Source: Planctomycetota bacterium (GTDB lineage Bacteria > Planctomycetota > UBA1135 > UBA2386). Taken from it: DNA of 64,000 bases. The stretch covers positions 512,001 to 576,000 of the forward strand of contig JBKAGP010000001.1 in NCBI GenBank assembly GCA_046290465.1. The letters are read 5' to 3'. Of this stretch, positions 10,401 to 23,515 are shown in pieces. How positions within the stretch are numbered: the stretch's first letter is position 1; every line of letters starts with the position of its first letter. The translations under genes were made by a program, and so were the position numbers. The notes under the pieces are model-generated. The model was not told the origin of the DNA and searched no databases. It saw only the letters and a list, made by a program, of their open reading frames with translations.

Positions 10401-10497
10401 GTTCGTCGACGCGGCGACGGAACAGCGTCGCCAGCGCGTCGACGTCGCGCTGCTTGCGGAACGTCGCGAACAGGTCTTCGTCGCTCGGCGTGGGCAT
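7465..10497 (-). CDS. ECF sigma-70 factor fused to a TM helix and extracytoplasmic carboxypeptidase-regulatory-like (Ig-like) repeats
   Basis: Sigma region 2 (DAEDLVQATF...SWLCGILTNHAR), region 4 (EPYRSVLQLH...SQQIG...ATVRKQMARA), TM segment ALVTVLVVAAVLATMLWW, repeated GxVxDxxGxPVxGA and TDxxGRF motifs. Confidence 0.88.
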   Translation of the reverse strand: MPTPSDEDLFATFRKQRDVDALATLFRRRVDELLRLAVFLAPRPTDAEDLVQATFLSAIARAETYRPGHRVMSWLCGILTNHARMLRRTEGRRAPEPAPPTAATTPVDAALQSELERALRDSIAALQEPYRSVLQLHLERGLNSQQIGAQLQQKPATVRKQMARAIEQLRTALPIGLATALVLRMSPAQLAERAAEAAQFVGHDADASRFDDDPIAAEPLAHGGALRPALVTVLVVAAVLATMLWWREDRHTQPPTAVAAAPQHNPAVRSVRPLLDQPAAETDAPRLRSRPGHALAVHVLDPDGVPHRGLEILCVADDGRPFQLRALAATTRRATTDDAGLVRFDGLPRGRFELAIAGAIPKAQLQMRGDDQRFTLQLPRRHRHRGYVTDPAGRPVPGALVMVSETSGRGDLPAVLATTDATGQYDAWFPLAQGRVFARHVQFAQSHCHRLAADRELHLELEPPVPPVAVHVTDEGDRPVAGALVALVPKSQDTDFYVPQLARTDALGRCSLPGPGPRHAAVLVQGRGFAASTTERSQDAREVHVQLRAPARLAGVARDASGAPLQGREVAVSIAGARTNEPTGPMLAQRVRTDHEGRFTLAEAPRGLLQVRIHGSCSGRLGPPMSQFVVAGVDVDTRDGDRLDVELRAPATARVHGTLRTPRGDAVAGWHLIAVPEVGTAAHRMLRRRVARSDADGRFELLALAAGERYQVGCYPPERWWPNPLTWPLAVATARAGSPCELVVDPDATTTATLRCQALRPDGRPARRATFELRLVGFQAPQTCVADAAGRARFGPLGAGDYWLVVGAPGLGSRTIPVHVDDANAPLDLGTVQLQRAARVAVRLVGDGKRSTHGLRVVAKNLVGDKFVAARSSSRGVAALRPLPPGRSQLLVYGHGIAPTLLERDLEPGVQWLDVDVRSATPVTLRFPFPLAENPFVINGPLHVRIYDHRDQLVLDDHLGATTSRGCFEMALGLAPGRYRVHARSIWNALAEQQLVVATAPLVRELPLGL

Positions 10498-10715
10498 GGC
10501 TCGGACAGCGGGGCAGTCGCGACGCTAGCGGTGCGCGCGTGCAGCACAACCCCCGCGTTCGACGTCGAAACGGCCGGTTGCGTGCCGTCGTTTTTTCTTT
10601 CGTGTTTCGCGTCACAGCGCCGTGGGCTCGTGCATAGACCGGGCGCGACGGTCGTCCCTGCCCGCGTCTGCGACTGCGGCCATCGCTCCGTCTCGTCACT
10701 CCTCTCGTCACCCCC

Positions 10716-12266
10716 ATGCACCGAACCTGCGTTTGCACGGCGGCCGCGGCCGCGTTCCTGTCCCTGTCGGTCGTCGCCCAGGCGGGCAACGAAGTCGTGT
10801 TCGTCGGTAGCTCGACCAGCGGCAGCGCCGACCAGCACGTGTTCTGCGAATCGGCGACCGGCACCGTGCTGGCGGCGACTGGCGTCAGCTACACCGACAA
10901 CGTCACCGACGCGGTCTGGGCGCACAGCGGCCGTCGTCTCTACGTCGGCCAGTCGCTGATGAACCAGGTGGCGCAGGCGGAGTGGGACGGCAGCAGCGCG
11001 ACCTGGTCGACGTTCTACAGCGCGCCCGGCGCGTGCTACGGCGTCGAGATGGACGCCAACCGCGACATCCTGTGGACGCTGACCGGCGGCTCCGGATCGA
11101 CGCGCGAACTGGTCGGCCTCGACGCCGCGCTCGGCAGCCCGACCTACGGCCAGGTGGTGGCCCAGACCACGTCGCTGAGCGGCGCCTCGCGCGAGCGCTG
11201 GGCGCTGTCGTGGAGCGGCGACCTCGCCGCGGTGCCGCAGGTGTTCCTGCAGAGCGGCACGCTCGACCTGGTCGACCTGCAGCCGGGCAGCGCCAGCTAC
11301 CTGCAGGTGATCGCGTCGCTGGCTGTGCCCGGCACGGTCGGCCAGGGCTTCACGTTCGCGACCGACTGCAAGGTCTCGATCGACGACCGCTACGTCTACC
11401 TGCTGTGGGCCGGCATCGGCTCGGCCTCGGGGCTCGGCGTCTACGACCTGGTCACGCAGACGTGGCTCGACTTCTCGACGGCGCTCGGGCACCAGGACTT
11501 CGCGCTGACGCTCGGCGTGCCCAACACGATGGACCTGTCGCTCGATCGTTCGTTCGCGGTCGTCAGCGGCCAGGCCGGCGCCGGCTGGGCGGGCCGCATC
11601 GACTTCGACTACGCCAACCCAGAGAACACGACGTTCACGCAGTACCTCGGGCTGACGATCCCGGATGCCAACGGCATCTCGCTGTCGCCCGACGACACCC
11701 GCGCGGCGGTGACCTCGACGCAGACGTTCTTGAGCACGCCGAGCGAACTGACGGTGTTCGACGTCGTCTCGGGAGGCGTGCTGCAGACGGTCACGCTGGC
11801 GGCGATGTGGAACGTCTACACGACCGCCTGGCAGGATGCCTCGCCGATCGCCACCTACGCGCCGTTCGGGGTCGGCTGCAGCGGCTCGCTCGGGGTGCCG
11901 GCGCTGGCCGCGCAGGCCGGCAGCCGGCCGGCGCTCGGCGCGACCTTCTCGCTGACGATCGACAACCTGCCGTTCAGCTCCGCGCTGGTCGCGACCGGCC
12001 TGTCCAACACCCAGACCGGTGGCGGCCTGCCGCTGCCGCTCGACCTGACGGTGCTCGGCATGACCGGCTGCACCCAGTACGTCGACGCGCTGGTGCTCGA
12101 CTTCGTCGTCGGCGCCGCCAACCAGGCGGACTGGAGCTGGGCGATCCCGAACCAGCCCGACCTGTTCGGCGCGACGTTCTTCAACCAGGCGTTTGCGTTC
12201 GATCCGGCGGCCAACGGCTTCGGTTGGACCGCCAGCAACGCCGGCGGCGGCGCGTTGGGCTTCTGA
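10716..12266 (+). CDS. Secreted beta-propeller (YncE-like) protein with a C-terminal ~130-aa domain
   Basis: Signal peptide ending VVA-Q; propeller blade motifs (GISLSPDDTRAAV, LTVFDV, SIDDRYVY); C-terminal PFGVGC...LPLDLTVLGMTGC...NQAFAFDP. Confidence 0.8.
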   Translation: MHRTCVCTAAAAAFLSLSVVAQAGNEVVFVGSSTSGSADQHVFCESATGTVLAATGVSYTDNVTDAVWAHSGRRLYVGQSLMNQVAQAEWDGSSATWSTFYSAPGACYGVEMDANRDILWTLTGGSGSTRELVGLDAALGSPTYGQVVAQTTSLSGASRERWALSWSGDLAAVPQVFLQSGTLDLVDLQPGSASYLQVIASLAVPGTVGQGFTFATDCKVSIDDRYVYLLWAGIGSASGLGVYDLVTQTWLDFSTALGHQDFALTLGVPNTMDLSLDRSFAVVSGQAGAGWAGRIDFDYANPENTTFTQYLGLTIPDANGISLSPDDTRAAVTSTQTFLSTPSELTVFDVVSGGVLQTVTLAAMWNVYTTAWQDASPIATYAPFGVGCSGSLGVPALAAQAGSRPALGATFSLTIDNLPFSSALVATGLSNTQTGGGLPLPLDLTVLGMTGCTQYVDALVLDFVVGAANQADWSWAIPNQPDLFGATFFNQAFAFDPAANGFGWTASNAGGGALGF

Positions 12267-12408
12267 GCCCGCAACCGGCGCGGCAGCCGGCGGCCAGCGG
12301 CGTGGGGGGGTGGCCGCACGCCCGACCGCACGATTCCGGCCGGCGGCCGAAGGGCGGGAGCCGCGCCCCGAATCCTCAATCCGGGGCCCCGCCGAGGCCG
12401 ATACGCCG

Positions 12409-12437
12409 TTGCGGTGGGGCGGGAAGGCACCTAACCT
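12409..12437 (+). promoter_or_regulatory. Putative sigma70 promoter of infC (TTGCGG-N17-TAACCT)
   Basis: Canonical spacing, about 100 nt upstream of infC. Confidence 0.55.
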
Positions 12438-12507
12438 ACTCCGGTCTCGGTCCCTGGCGCCCCTGCGCTGCCGAGGCACCCACATCCAACAACCAAGGAG
12501 AATCCCT

Positions 12508-12549
12508 ATCCAACTGCAGCACCTGAAGAGGCCTCATGCCCAGGCCTGA
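12508..12549 (+). other. Putative ATC-initiated uORF (13 codons, IQLQHLKRPHAQA) overlapping the infC start
   Basis: AAGGAG at 12495-12500, 7 nt before ATC 12508. Its TGA (12547-12549) lies just past the out-of-frame infC ATG at 12536. Confidence 0.4.
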
Positions 12550-13075
12550 TCCGCGACGCCGTCCACCCCAGGACCGTGGCCCGCGGATCAACCACCAGAT
12601 CCGAATCCGGCAGATCCGCGTCATCGACGAGGAGAACCAGCAGCTCGGCGTCCTCGAGACGGCCGACGCGTTGGCACTGGCCGTGCGCAAGGGTCTCGAC
12701 CTCGTGGAGATTGCCCCGAACCAGCGGCCCCCCGTGTGCCGCATCATGGACTACGGCAAGTTCAAGTACGAGGAGAAGAAGAAGGAGCAAGCCAGCCGCC
12801 GCAAGCAGCACCAGGTCCAGGTCAAGGAGCTGCGCGTGCGTCCAGGCACCGGCGAGCACGACCTGCAGACCAAGGTCAAGCGCGCTCGCGAGTTCCTCGA
12901 GGACGGCGACAAGGTCCTGGTCTGTTGCCTGTTCCGCGGCCGCCAGATGGCGCACAAGGACGTCGGCGAACAGGTCATCATGGAGGTCGTCAAGCACCTC
13001 TCGGACGTCGCGAAGATCGAAGCACCGGTGCGCCAGGAAGGGCGCCGCATGGTGCTGATGCTGGCCAAGAAGTAG
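12536..13075 (+). CDS. infC: Translation initiation factor IF-3
   Basis: RINHQIR, GLDLVEIAP, PPVCRIMDYGKFKYE, KELRVRP, HDLQTK, FRGRQ. Confidence 0.97.
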   Translation: MPRPDPRRRPPQDRGPRINHQIRIRQIRVIDEENQQLGVLETADALALAVRKGLDLVEIAPNQRPPVCRIMDYGKFKYEEKKKEQASRRKQHQVQVKELRVRPGTGEHDLQTKVKRAREFLEDGDKVLVCCLFRGRQMAHKDVGEQVIMEVVKHLSDVAKIEAPVRQEGRRMVLMLAKK

Positions 13076-13089
13076 CGCGCCCCAGATCG

Positions 13090-13160
13090 GCTGCCATTCT
13101 CAGGCGCTGCCATTCTGAGCCGCTGTCTTTCTGAGCGGCTGCCCCTCTGAGCCGCTGCCC
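13090..13160. repeat. Imperfect 16-bp tandem repeat, about 4.4 copies (consensus GCTGCCATTCTGAGCC)
   Basis: Units start at 13090, 13106, 13122 and 13138, with a partial unit at 13154. Confidence 0.85.
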
Positions 13161-13301
13161 CCCGGAGTGCGCGTCACTCCGGGCCCGCCACCGCGACCGG
13201 CACGCGTTCCCGCGCAATCTGCGGGACCGGTGCGCTTTCCTCGGGGTGGTGCTCCAGTCCGCCTGCGCGGGGCGTTAGCCTCGCTGCCGCAGAACCCGTT
13301 C

Positions 13302-16849
<3,548 letters not shown>

Positions 16850-16850
<1 letters not shown>

Positions 16851-17956
16851 TGCGCGCCTTCGCCCTCGTCGTCTTGTCCCTGTTCGCGGCGTGCGCCGCC
16901 GGCCCGTCGGTCGGCGACGTCACCGTCGAACTGACCGCCGCGACCCAGCGCTTCCTCGCCGGCCTGACCGACGCGCAGCGCGAAGCCGCGCAGCGTGCGA
17001 TCACCGACGCGGAGGCGACCAGCTGGCACTTCGTGCCGGGCCGCTACGCCGGCGTCGAGATGGGGGCGCTCGATCGCGAACAGCGGCACGCCGCGCACGA
17101 CGTGCTGCGCACGATGCTCAGCGCGAGCGGCTTCGCCAAGTCGATGGCGATCGCCGATCTGGAGAAGGTGCTGTTCGAGATGGAGTCGAAGCCGGACAAG
17201 CCGGCGTCGCACCGCGATCCCGGTCGCTACGCGATGCTGGTCTGCGGCGACCCCGGCGCAGGGGACTTCGCGGTGCGCTTCCAGGGTCATCACCTGTCGC
17301 TGCGCATGATGGTGGTCGACGGCGTGCTGGTGGCGCACACCCCGCACTTCCTCGGCACCAACCCGCACCGGGTTCCGGAGCAGTGGGCGCGCACCGCGCC
17401 GCTCGGCCGCGAGGAGGACCTGGCGCGCGAACTGATGGCGCTGTTCACGCCGGAGCAGCAGCGCGTCGCGATCTACGACGCCAAGGCGCCGGCCGACGTG
17501 CTGCTCGGGCCCGGCAAGGCGCCGACCGCGCTCGGCGAACGCCGCGGCCTCGCCTGGCGCGAGATGCGCGACGACCAGCGCCAGAAGCTGTGGGAACTGC
17601 TCGAGCTACACGCCAACGTGCTGCGCGGCCCGATCGCGCGGCAGGAGCTCGAGCGCATCCGCAGCCGCGATCTGGCCAGGCTGACGTTCGCGTGGGCGGG
17701 CTCGCTCGAGCGCGGCGCCGGCCACTACTACCGCATCCACGGCGCGCGCTTCGCCATCGAGTACGACTGCACCCAGAACGGCGCCAACCACGTGCACGTC
17801 TGCTGGCGCGACTTCGACCGCGACATGGGCGGCGACGTGCTGCGCCGGCACCTCGAGCACGAGCACGGCAACGGATCGTCTCGCGCGCGAAGAACCGCCG
17901 CCGGGCCGTCGCGGCGGCGCGCCGGATCGGGGAGAATCGCGATCGGGCCTGACTGA
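16850..17956 (+). CDS. DUF3500 domain lipoprotein
   Basis: ATG overlaps the kgd TGA; lipobox LFAAC; WHFVP, RFQGHHLS, HFLGTNP, YYRIHG, IEYDCTQNGANHVH. Confidence 0.85.
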
Positions 17957-18000
17957 CGGCGTTCGCGCTCCGTAGAGGTCGGGCAACCCCGAGGTGCCCC

Positions 18001-19317
18001 ATGACCATCCTGCGCAGCGTCGTCGTCCTGCTCGTCCTGGCCCAGACCGCAGCCGCCCAGCAGCCGCTGTGGCCGGCCTTCCGCGGCCCGCACGGCGACG
18101 GCGTCGCGCGCGCCGACAAACCGCCGACCAGCTGGAGCGACGACGAGAACGTCGCCTGGAAGCTCGACCTGCCGGGCGCCGGTGCGTCGAGCCCGATCGT
18201 CGTCGGTGACCGGGTGCTGTTGACCTGCTACACCGGCTACGGCAAGTACGAGGACGACGGTGGCGAGCCGGGCAAGCTCGAGCAGCACCTGGTCTGCGTC
18301 GATCGCGCCACCGGCGCGCGGCGCTGGCAGAGCACGATCCCGGGTGCGTTGCCGAAGGAGGCGCGCCAGATGCAGATCAACGAGCACGGCTTCGCGACGC
18401 CGACGCCGGTCTCCGACGGCGAACGCGTCTGGGTCTACTTCGGCCACGCCGGCGTCTGCGCGTTCGACCTGGACGGCAAGAAGCTCTGGCAGGAGGGCCT
18501 CGGCAAGCCGACCGAAGGGGCGCCTGGTCCGACCAACAGCGTCGAGCGCGAGGGCCAGACGCTGTCGCTGCGGTGGGGGTCGGCGGCGAGCCCGCTGCTG
18601 CACGGCGGCATGGTGATCGTCAACGCGTCGGAGCAGAGCAACTCGATCCGGGCGCTCGACCAGCGGACCGGCAAGCTGGTCTGGAAGCGCGAGTCGGCCA
18701 ACCTCGAGGGCTCGGCGGTGTCGCCGATGCTCGCCGGCAGCGGCGCCGCGCAGGTGGTCGTGATCGTGCTCGGCGGTGAGGTCTGGGGCCTGGAGCCGAA
18801 GACCGGCGCGCTGCGCTGGCAGGTCGAGACCGGCACGCGCGGCGGCATGGCGCCGAGCCCGATCAGCGACGGCGAGCACGTGTTCGCGTTCGGCGGCGGC
18901 GGCAAGGGCTTCGCGATCGCACTTCTGCCGGACGCCGAGCAGCGCGTCGTCTGGCAGGGCGAGAACGTCGACATCCCGTCGCCGGTGCTGCACGACGGCC
19001 GGCTGCTGCTGGTCGACCAGATGGGCAAGGCCAAGTGCCTGCGCGCCGCCGACGGCGAGAAGCTGTTCGGCGGCCGGCTGCCGGGGCGGACCGGTGGCGT
19101 CTACGCGCCGCCGGTGTTCGCCAACGGGCATCTCTACGTGGTCAGCCGCGAGCGCGGCGTGTTCGTCTACCGCGTCGGCGAGCACGCCTTCGAGCTGGTC
19201 TCGCGCAACGAACTGACCGAAGAGGATCCGCAGTTCCACGCTTCGCCGGCGGTCGCGGGGGACGCGCTGTTCCTGCGATCCGACCGCAGGCTCTACTGCA
19301 TCGCGAAGTCGAGCTGA
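18001..19317 (+). CDS. Secreted PQQ-binding-like (BamB-type) beta-propeller protein
   Basis: Signal peptide; WPAFRGP, ENVAWK, GASSPIV, ATPTPVSDG, AFDLDGKKLW, ASPAV, LFLRSDRRLYCI. Confidence 0.88.
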   Translation: MTILRSVVVLLVLAQTAAAQQPLWPAFRGPHGDGVARADKPPTSWSDDENVAWKLDLPGAGASSPIVVGDRVLLTCYTGYGKYEDDGGEPGKLEQHLVCVDRATGARRWQSTIPGALPKEARQMQINEHGFATPTPVSDGERVWVYFGHAGVCAFDLDGKKLWQEGLGKPTEGAPGPTNSVEREGQTLSLRWGSAASPLLHGGMVIVNASEQSNSIRALDQRTGKLVWKRESANLEGSAVSPMLAGSGAAQVVVIVLGGEVWGLEPKTGALRWQVETGTRGGMAPSPISDGEHVFAFGGGGKGFAIALLPDAEQRVVWQGENVDIPSPVLHDGRLLLVDQMGKAKCLRAADGEKLFGGRLPGRTGGVYAPPVFANGHLYVVSRERGVFVYRVGEHAFELVSRNELTEEDPQFHASPAVAGDALFLRSDRRLYCIAKSS

Positions 19318-19475
19318 ACTGCGGCACCGTCCGGTCGCTCGGAGCGCGTGGGCCGCACGGTGCCCGGGCACGCGAGCATCGTGACGCGCCACGGTCTCGA
19401 CCATCGCGCCCAGGGCCGGTGGCGCTACGCTGGTAGCCGCACGCCTGACCAACCTCACCCAGTCCGGGAGTTGTC

Positions 19476-19943
19476 GTGAAGATCGAAGTGAACGGAACCG
19501 TTCGGGACCTCGGGGACATCGACCCCAACACCCCGCTTCTCTGGGCCCTGCGCGACGAGCTGGGCCTGACCGGCACCAAGTTCGGCTGCGGCCGTGGCCA
19601 GTGTGGCGCCTGCACGGTGCACCTGGGCGGCGCCGCCATCCGTTCGTGCATGATGAGCGTGCAGGCGGTGTCGGCGGTCGCCCAGCCGATCACGACGATC
19701 GAAGGCCTGTCCGAGAACGGGGACCACGCCGTGCAGAAGGCGTGGCGCGAGGAGTGCGTGCCGCAGTGTGGCTACTGCCAGTCGGGCCAGATGATGTCGG
19801 CCTGCGCGATGCTCGCCAACAACCCGAAGCCGAGCGACGACGACATCGACGAGGCGATGTCGGGCAACATCTGCCGCTGCGGCACCTACCCGCGCATCCG
19901 CAAGGCCATCCACCGCGCCGCCGGCCAGGGGGGTGGCAAGTGA
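19476..19943 (+). CDS. (2Fe-2S)-binding subunit of an isoquinoline 1-oxidoreductase / xanthine dehydrogenase family enzyme (IorA-like)
   Basis: [41 protein letters not shown]. Confidence 0.95.
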   Translation: MKIEVNGTVRDLGDIDPNTPLLWALRDELGLTGTKFGCGRGQCGACTVHLGGAAIRSCMMSVQAVSAVAQPITTIEGLSENGDHAVQKAWREECVPQCGYCQSGQMMSACAMLANNPKPSDDDIDEAMSGNICRCGTYPRIRKAIHRAAGQGGGK

Positions 19944-22201
19944 CCACGTTCGAACAGGCTTCGTTCGACCGACGCAGCATGCTGCGCGGTCTGCTCGCCG
20001 GAGGGGCGCTGGTGGTCGGTGCGCGCGTCGCTCCCGCTGGCGTGATGACGGCGCTCGGCGTCGACGAGCCGCTGCAGCCGTCGCTGTGGCTGGCGATCGA
20101 ACCGTCGGGCGCGGTCAAGATCTGGGCGCACCGCTCGGAGATGGGCACCGGCATCCGCACCAGCCTGCCGATGGTGGTCGCCGACGAACTCGGCTGCGAC
20201 TGGGACCGCGTGACGCTGGTGCAGGCGCTCGGCGACGCTGCCTACGGCTCGCAGAACACCGACGGCTCGCGCAGCGTGCGGCGCTTCTACGACGTGATGC
20301 GGCGCGCGGGGGCCGCCGGCAGGTTGCTGCTCGAGCGCGCCGCGGCCAAGACCTGGGGCGTCGAGGCGAAGGCGTGCCACGCCAAGGGCCACCACGTGCA
20401 CGGCCCGGACGGCAAGCAGCTGGCGTTCGGCGAGCTGGTCGCGACCGCGCGCGGCCTTTCCGTGCCCAAGGACGAAGAGCTGCGCTTCCGCGAGCCGTCG
20501 GAGCGCCGCTACGTCGGCAAGGAGGAGGTGCGCTTCTACGACCTCGACGACGTGGTCGTCGGCAAGGCCACCTACGGCGCCGACGTGCGCCGCGACGGCA
20601 TGGTGTTCGCCTCGATCGCGCGCTCGCCGGTGCTCGGGGGCAAGCTGCAGGGCTTCGACGCCGCCGCCGCCAAGAAGGTGGCGGGCGTGCTCGACGTGGT
20701 CGAGATCCCGGCCTGGCGCGGGGCGCCCGGCTTCCAGGCGCTGGGCGGCGTCGCCGTGATCGCGAAGAACACGTTCGCCGCCAACCAGGGCCGCGCCGCG
20801 GTGCAGGCGAGGTGGGACGGCGGCGACGGCGCGACCTTCGGCACCGAGGCGTTCTACGCCGGTCTGAAGGCCAACGTGGCCGCGCCCGGCACGGTCGTGC
20901 GCGAGTCGGGCGACGTCGACAAGGCGATGGCCGCCGCGGCCGACACGCACCGGGCCGTCTACTCGGTGCCGTTCCTGTCGCACGCGCAGATGGAACCGCT
21001 GGCCGCCGTCGCGGAGTTCGTCGACGGAACGTGCCGCTGCTGGGCGCCGACCCAGAACCCGCAGGCGGTGCAGGGCGCGGTCGCCCAGGCGCTGCAGATC
21101 GAGCCGAAGCAGGTCGAGGTGCACGTCACGCTGCTCGGCGGCGGCTTCGGCCGCAAGTCGAAGCCCGACTTCGTGGTCGAGGCCGCGATGCTGGCGCGGC
21201 AGCTCGGCAAGCCGGTGCGCGTGCAGTGGACGCGTGAGGACGACATGCGGTTCGACTACTTCCACTCGGCCGCAGCCGTGTCGCTGGAGGCGGGTCTCGG
21301 CGCCGACGGCAGGCCGACCGCGTGGCGGGGGCGCTCGTCGTTCCCGCCGATCGGCACGACCTTCAACCCGAGTCCGCAGGCCGACCAGCCGTCGGCGGGG
21401 GAGCTGCACCTCGGCTTCACCGACATGCCGCACCAGATCGCCAACGTGCGGCTCGAGGCCGCGCCGGCGCGCGCCAACACGCGCATCGGCTGGATGCGTT
21501 CGGTGCACCACGTGCAGCACGCGTTCGCCGAGTGCTCGTTCGTCGACGAACTGGCGGCGAAGGCGGGCAAGGACCGCATCGCGTTCTTGAAGGAGCTGAT
21601 CGGCGAGCCGCGGCACGTCGACCTGAGCGGCGTCGAGTACCCCAACCAGGGCGAGCCGCTCGAGCGCTATCCGATCGATACCGGCCGCCTGCTGGGCGTG
21701 CTCGAGCACGTCGCGAAGCAGGCCGACTGGAACGGCCGCAAGGACCTGCCCAAGGGCCGTGGCCTCGGCGTCGCGGTGCACCGCAGCTTCCTCGGCTACG
21801 TCGCCGTGATCGTCGAGGTCGACGTCGACAAGGAGGGCGTCGTGCGCATCCCTCGCCTCGACATCGGCATCGACGCCGGCACGCTGGTCAACCCCGACCG
21901 CGTGCGGGCACAGCTCGAAGGGGCGGCCGCGTTCGGCATCGGCATCGCGATGCTCGGGGAGATCACGTTTGCCGACGGTGCCGTCGAGCAGTCGAACTTC
22001 CACGACTTCATGGTGCCGCGCATGCAGGAGTCGGCGCGCGACGTGCGCACCTACCTGCTGCCGAACGACGCGCCGCCGTCGGGTGTCGGGGAGACCGGCA
22101 CGCCGCCGGTCGCGCCGGCCGTCTGCAACGCGATCTTCGCGGCCACCGGCAAGCGCATCCGCGACCTGCCGGTCAAGAACCACGACCTGAGCTGGAGCTA
22201 G
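19940..22201 (+). CDS. Molybdopterin-binding subunit (IorB-like) with Tat-like signal
   Basis: GTG overlaps the upstream TGA; DRRSML twin-arginine; [38 protein letters not shown]. Confidence 0.93.
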   Translation: MTTFEQASFDRRSMLRGLLAGGALVVGARVAPAGVMTALGVDEPLQPSLWLAIEPSGAVKIWAHRSEMGTGIRTSLPMVVADELGCDWDRVTLVQALGDAAYGSQNTDGSRSVRRFYDVMRRAGAAGRLLLERAAAKTWGVEAKACHAKGHHVHGPDGKQLAFGELVATARGLSVPKDEELRFREPSERRYVGKEEVRFYDLDDVVVGKATYGADVRRDGMVFASIARSPVLGGKLQGFDAAAAKKVAGVLDVVEIPAWRGAPGFQALGGVAVIAKNTFAANQGRAAVQARWDGGDGATFGTEAFYAGLKANVAAPGTVVRESGDVDKAMAAAADTHRAVYSVPFLSHAQMEPLAAVAEFVDGTCRCWAPTQNPQAVQGAVAQALQIEPKQVEVHVTLLGGGFGRKSKPDFVVEAAMLARQLGKPVRVQWTREDDMRFDYFHSAAAVSLEAGLGADGRPTAWRGRSSFPPIGTTFNPSPQADQPSAGELHLGFTDMPHQIANVRLEAAPARANTRIGWMRSVHHVQHAFAECSFVDELAAKAGKDRIAFLKELIGEPRHVDLSGVEYPNQGEPLERYPIDTGRLLGVLEHVAKQADWNGRKDLPKGRGLGVAVHRSFLGYVAVIVEVDVDKEGVVRIPRLDIGIDAGTLVNPDRVRAQLEGAAAFGIGIAMLGEITFADGAVEQSNFHDFMVPRMQESARDVRTYLLPNDAPPSGVGETGTPPVAPAVCNAIFAATGKRIRDLPVKNHDLSWS

Positions 22202-22310
22202 CGGGCAAAGCCCCGTCCGCACGCGTAGACGCCGCTTCCGCGATCACGGTCGGCAGCGCGTCCACTACATGGACGCGCTCCTAGGGGCGCGCGGCTGGTC
22301 GGCGCGCGAC

Positions 22311-22925
22311 CTAGGCGGTCACTTCGCCGGCGAACGCGACGGCGGCGTCCATCGCGTTCGCCAGGTTGCCCTGCATCGTGAAGCCGCTCTTCTTGCGCGG
22401 CTTCAGCGAGTGGTCGCCGTCGTCGATCCAGCGGAGCCGGATCTGCGCCGACAGGTCGTAGCCATCGACCTCGTCCCGCGTGCCGAACGGGTCCCGTTCG
22501 CCCTGCACGATCAACGTCGGCGTACGCATCGTCTCCAGGTGCGCGGTGCGCAGGTTGTCGGGCTTGCCCGGCGGATGGAACGGGTAGCCGAACGCGACCA
22601 CCCCGGCGCACGGCACGTCGTCGGCGAGCATCGTCGCCGCCCGTCCGCCCATCGACTTGCCGGCGAGGATCACCGGGCCCTGCTGGGCGTCGAAGACCTC
22701 GCGGTAGCAGGCCAGCAGCTTCGGCATGCGGTCGGGGCCCGGCCGGCGACCCTCGCGGCGCGCATGCATGTACGAGAACTCGAACCGCACCACCCGCAGG
22801 CCGCGTTCGGCGAGCCCGCGCGCGACCGTGGCCATCCACTCGTGGTCCATGCCCGCACCGGCGCCGTGCGCCAACAGCAGCGTCACGGTTGCGTCGTCGG
22901 GGCCGTCGATCTGCAGCGGGGTCAT
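22311..22925 (-). CDS. Alpha/beta hydrolase (Tex30/KANSL3-like)
   Basis: LLAHGAGAGMD, GKSMGGR, GYPFHPPGK, QGERDPFG, DGDHS. Confidence 0.9.
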   Translation of the reverse strand: MTPLQIDGPDDATVTLLLAHGAGAGMDHEWMATVARGLAERGLRVVRFEFSYMHARREGRRPGPDRMPKLLACYREVFDAQQGPVILAGKSMGGRAATMLADDVPCAGVVAFGYPFHPPGKPDNLRTAHLETMRTPTLIVQGERDPFGTRDEVDGYDLSAQIRLRWIDDGDHSLKPRKKSGFTMQGNLANAMDAAVAFAGEVTA

Positions 22926-23317
22926 GCCGTCTCCATCAGCAGGAATGTGAAGGTGCCCTTGCACACGAGGCGTTCGCCCTGGTGCACCAGGCTCTCGCAG
23001 ACGGCCAGCCTGCGGCCGACGCGCAGCGGCGTGGCGACGGCCCGCAGCGGACCGTCGCCGGGGCGCGCGCCCGACAGGAACTGCATGCTGACGGTGGTGC
23101 CGGTCATCGTGCGCGCGGCCGAGAGGTCGGGCCACAGCAGGTAGACGGCGGCGGTATCGGCGAGCGCGGTCAGCAGGCCGCCCTGCACGACGCCGGTCTC
23201 CTGCAGCATCTCCGGGCGCACGTCCTGCTCGATCTCGACCCGTTCGGGCGTGCGCGAACGCAGCCGGAAGCCGAGCCAGCGGTTGACCGGGGTGCGTTCG
23301 AAGTCCTCGCGGTGCAT
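22922..23317 (-). CDS. PaaI family (hotdog-fold) thioesterase
   Basis: GVVQGGLLTALADTA, MQFLSGARPG, RVGRRL; 4-bp overlap with the next gene. Confidence 0.85.
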   Translation of the reverse strand: MHREDFERTPVNRWLGFRLRSRTPERVEIEQDVRPEMLQETGVVQGGLLTALADTAAVYLLWPDLSAARTMTGTTVSMQFLSGARPGDGPLRAVATPLRVGRRLAVCESLVHQGERLVCKGTFTFLLMETA

Positions 23318-23515
23318 GCCGTGACGATGACGCCTCGGTCGCGGCCTGCCAAGGGTGCTCGGCGGAGTTGCCGGCGCCGCGGCGGCGATCCTGCACGCAG
23401 CCCTTGCGCGAACGGCCCGCGCCCCGTTTCGTGATGCGGGCATGGATACGCGATCCGTCCCGTCCGTTCTGCCCGCGATGCCCGTGACGCGCCCCCCGCG
23501 CCCGGAGGCCGTCTG

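Noticed and set aside
12524..12526. In-frame TGA upstream of infC as a Sec codon or N-terminal extension
   Set aside because: No plausible in-frame start upstream and no IF3-like sequence before MPRP.
13090..13160. CRISPR array interpretation of the 15-19-bp repeats (also 58743-58809 and 5307-5342)
   Set aside because: Units are contiguous and too short, with no unique spacers, and there are no cas genes.
19318..19475. Moco riboswitch upstream of the molybdoenzyme
   Set aside because: No recognisable conserved motif; cannot be supported without a covariance-model search.
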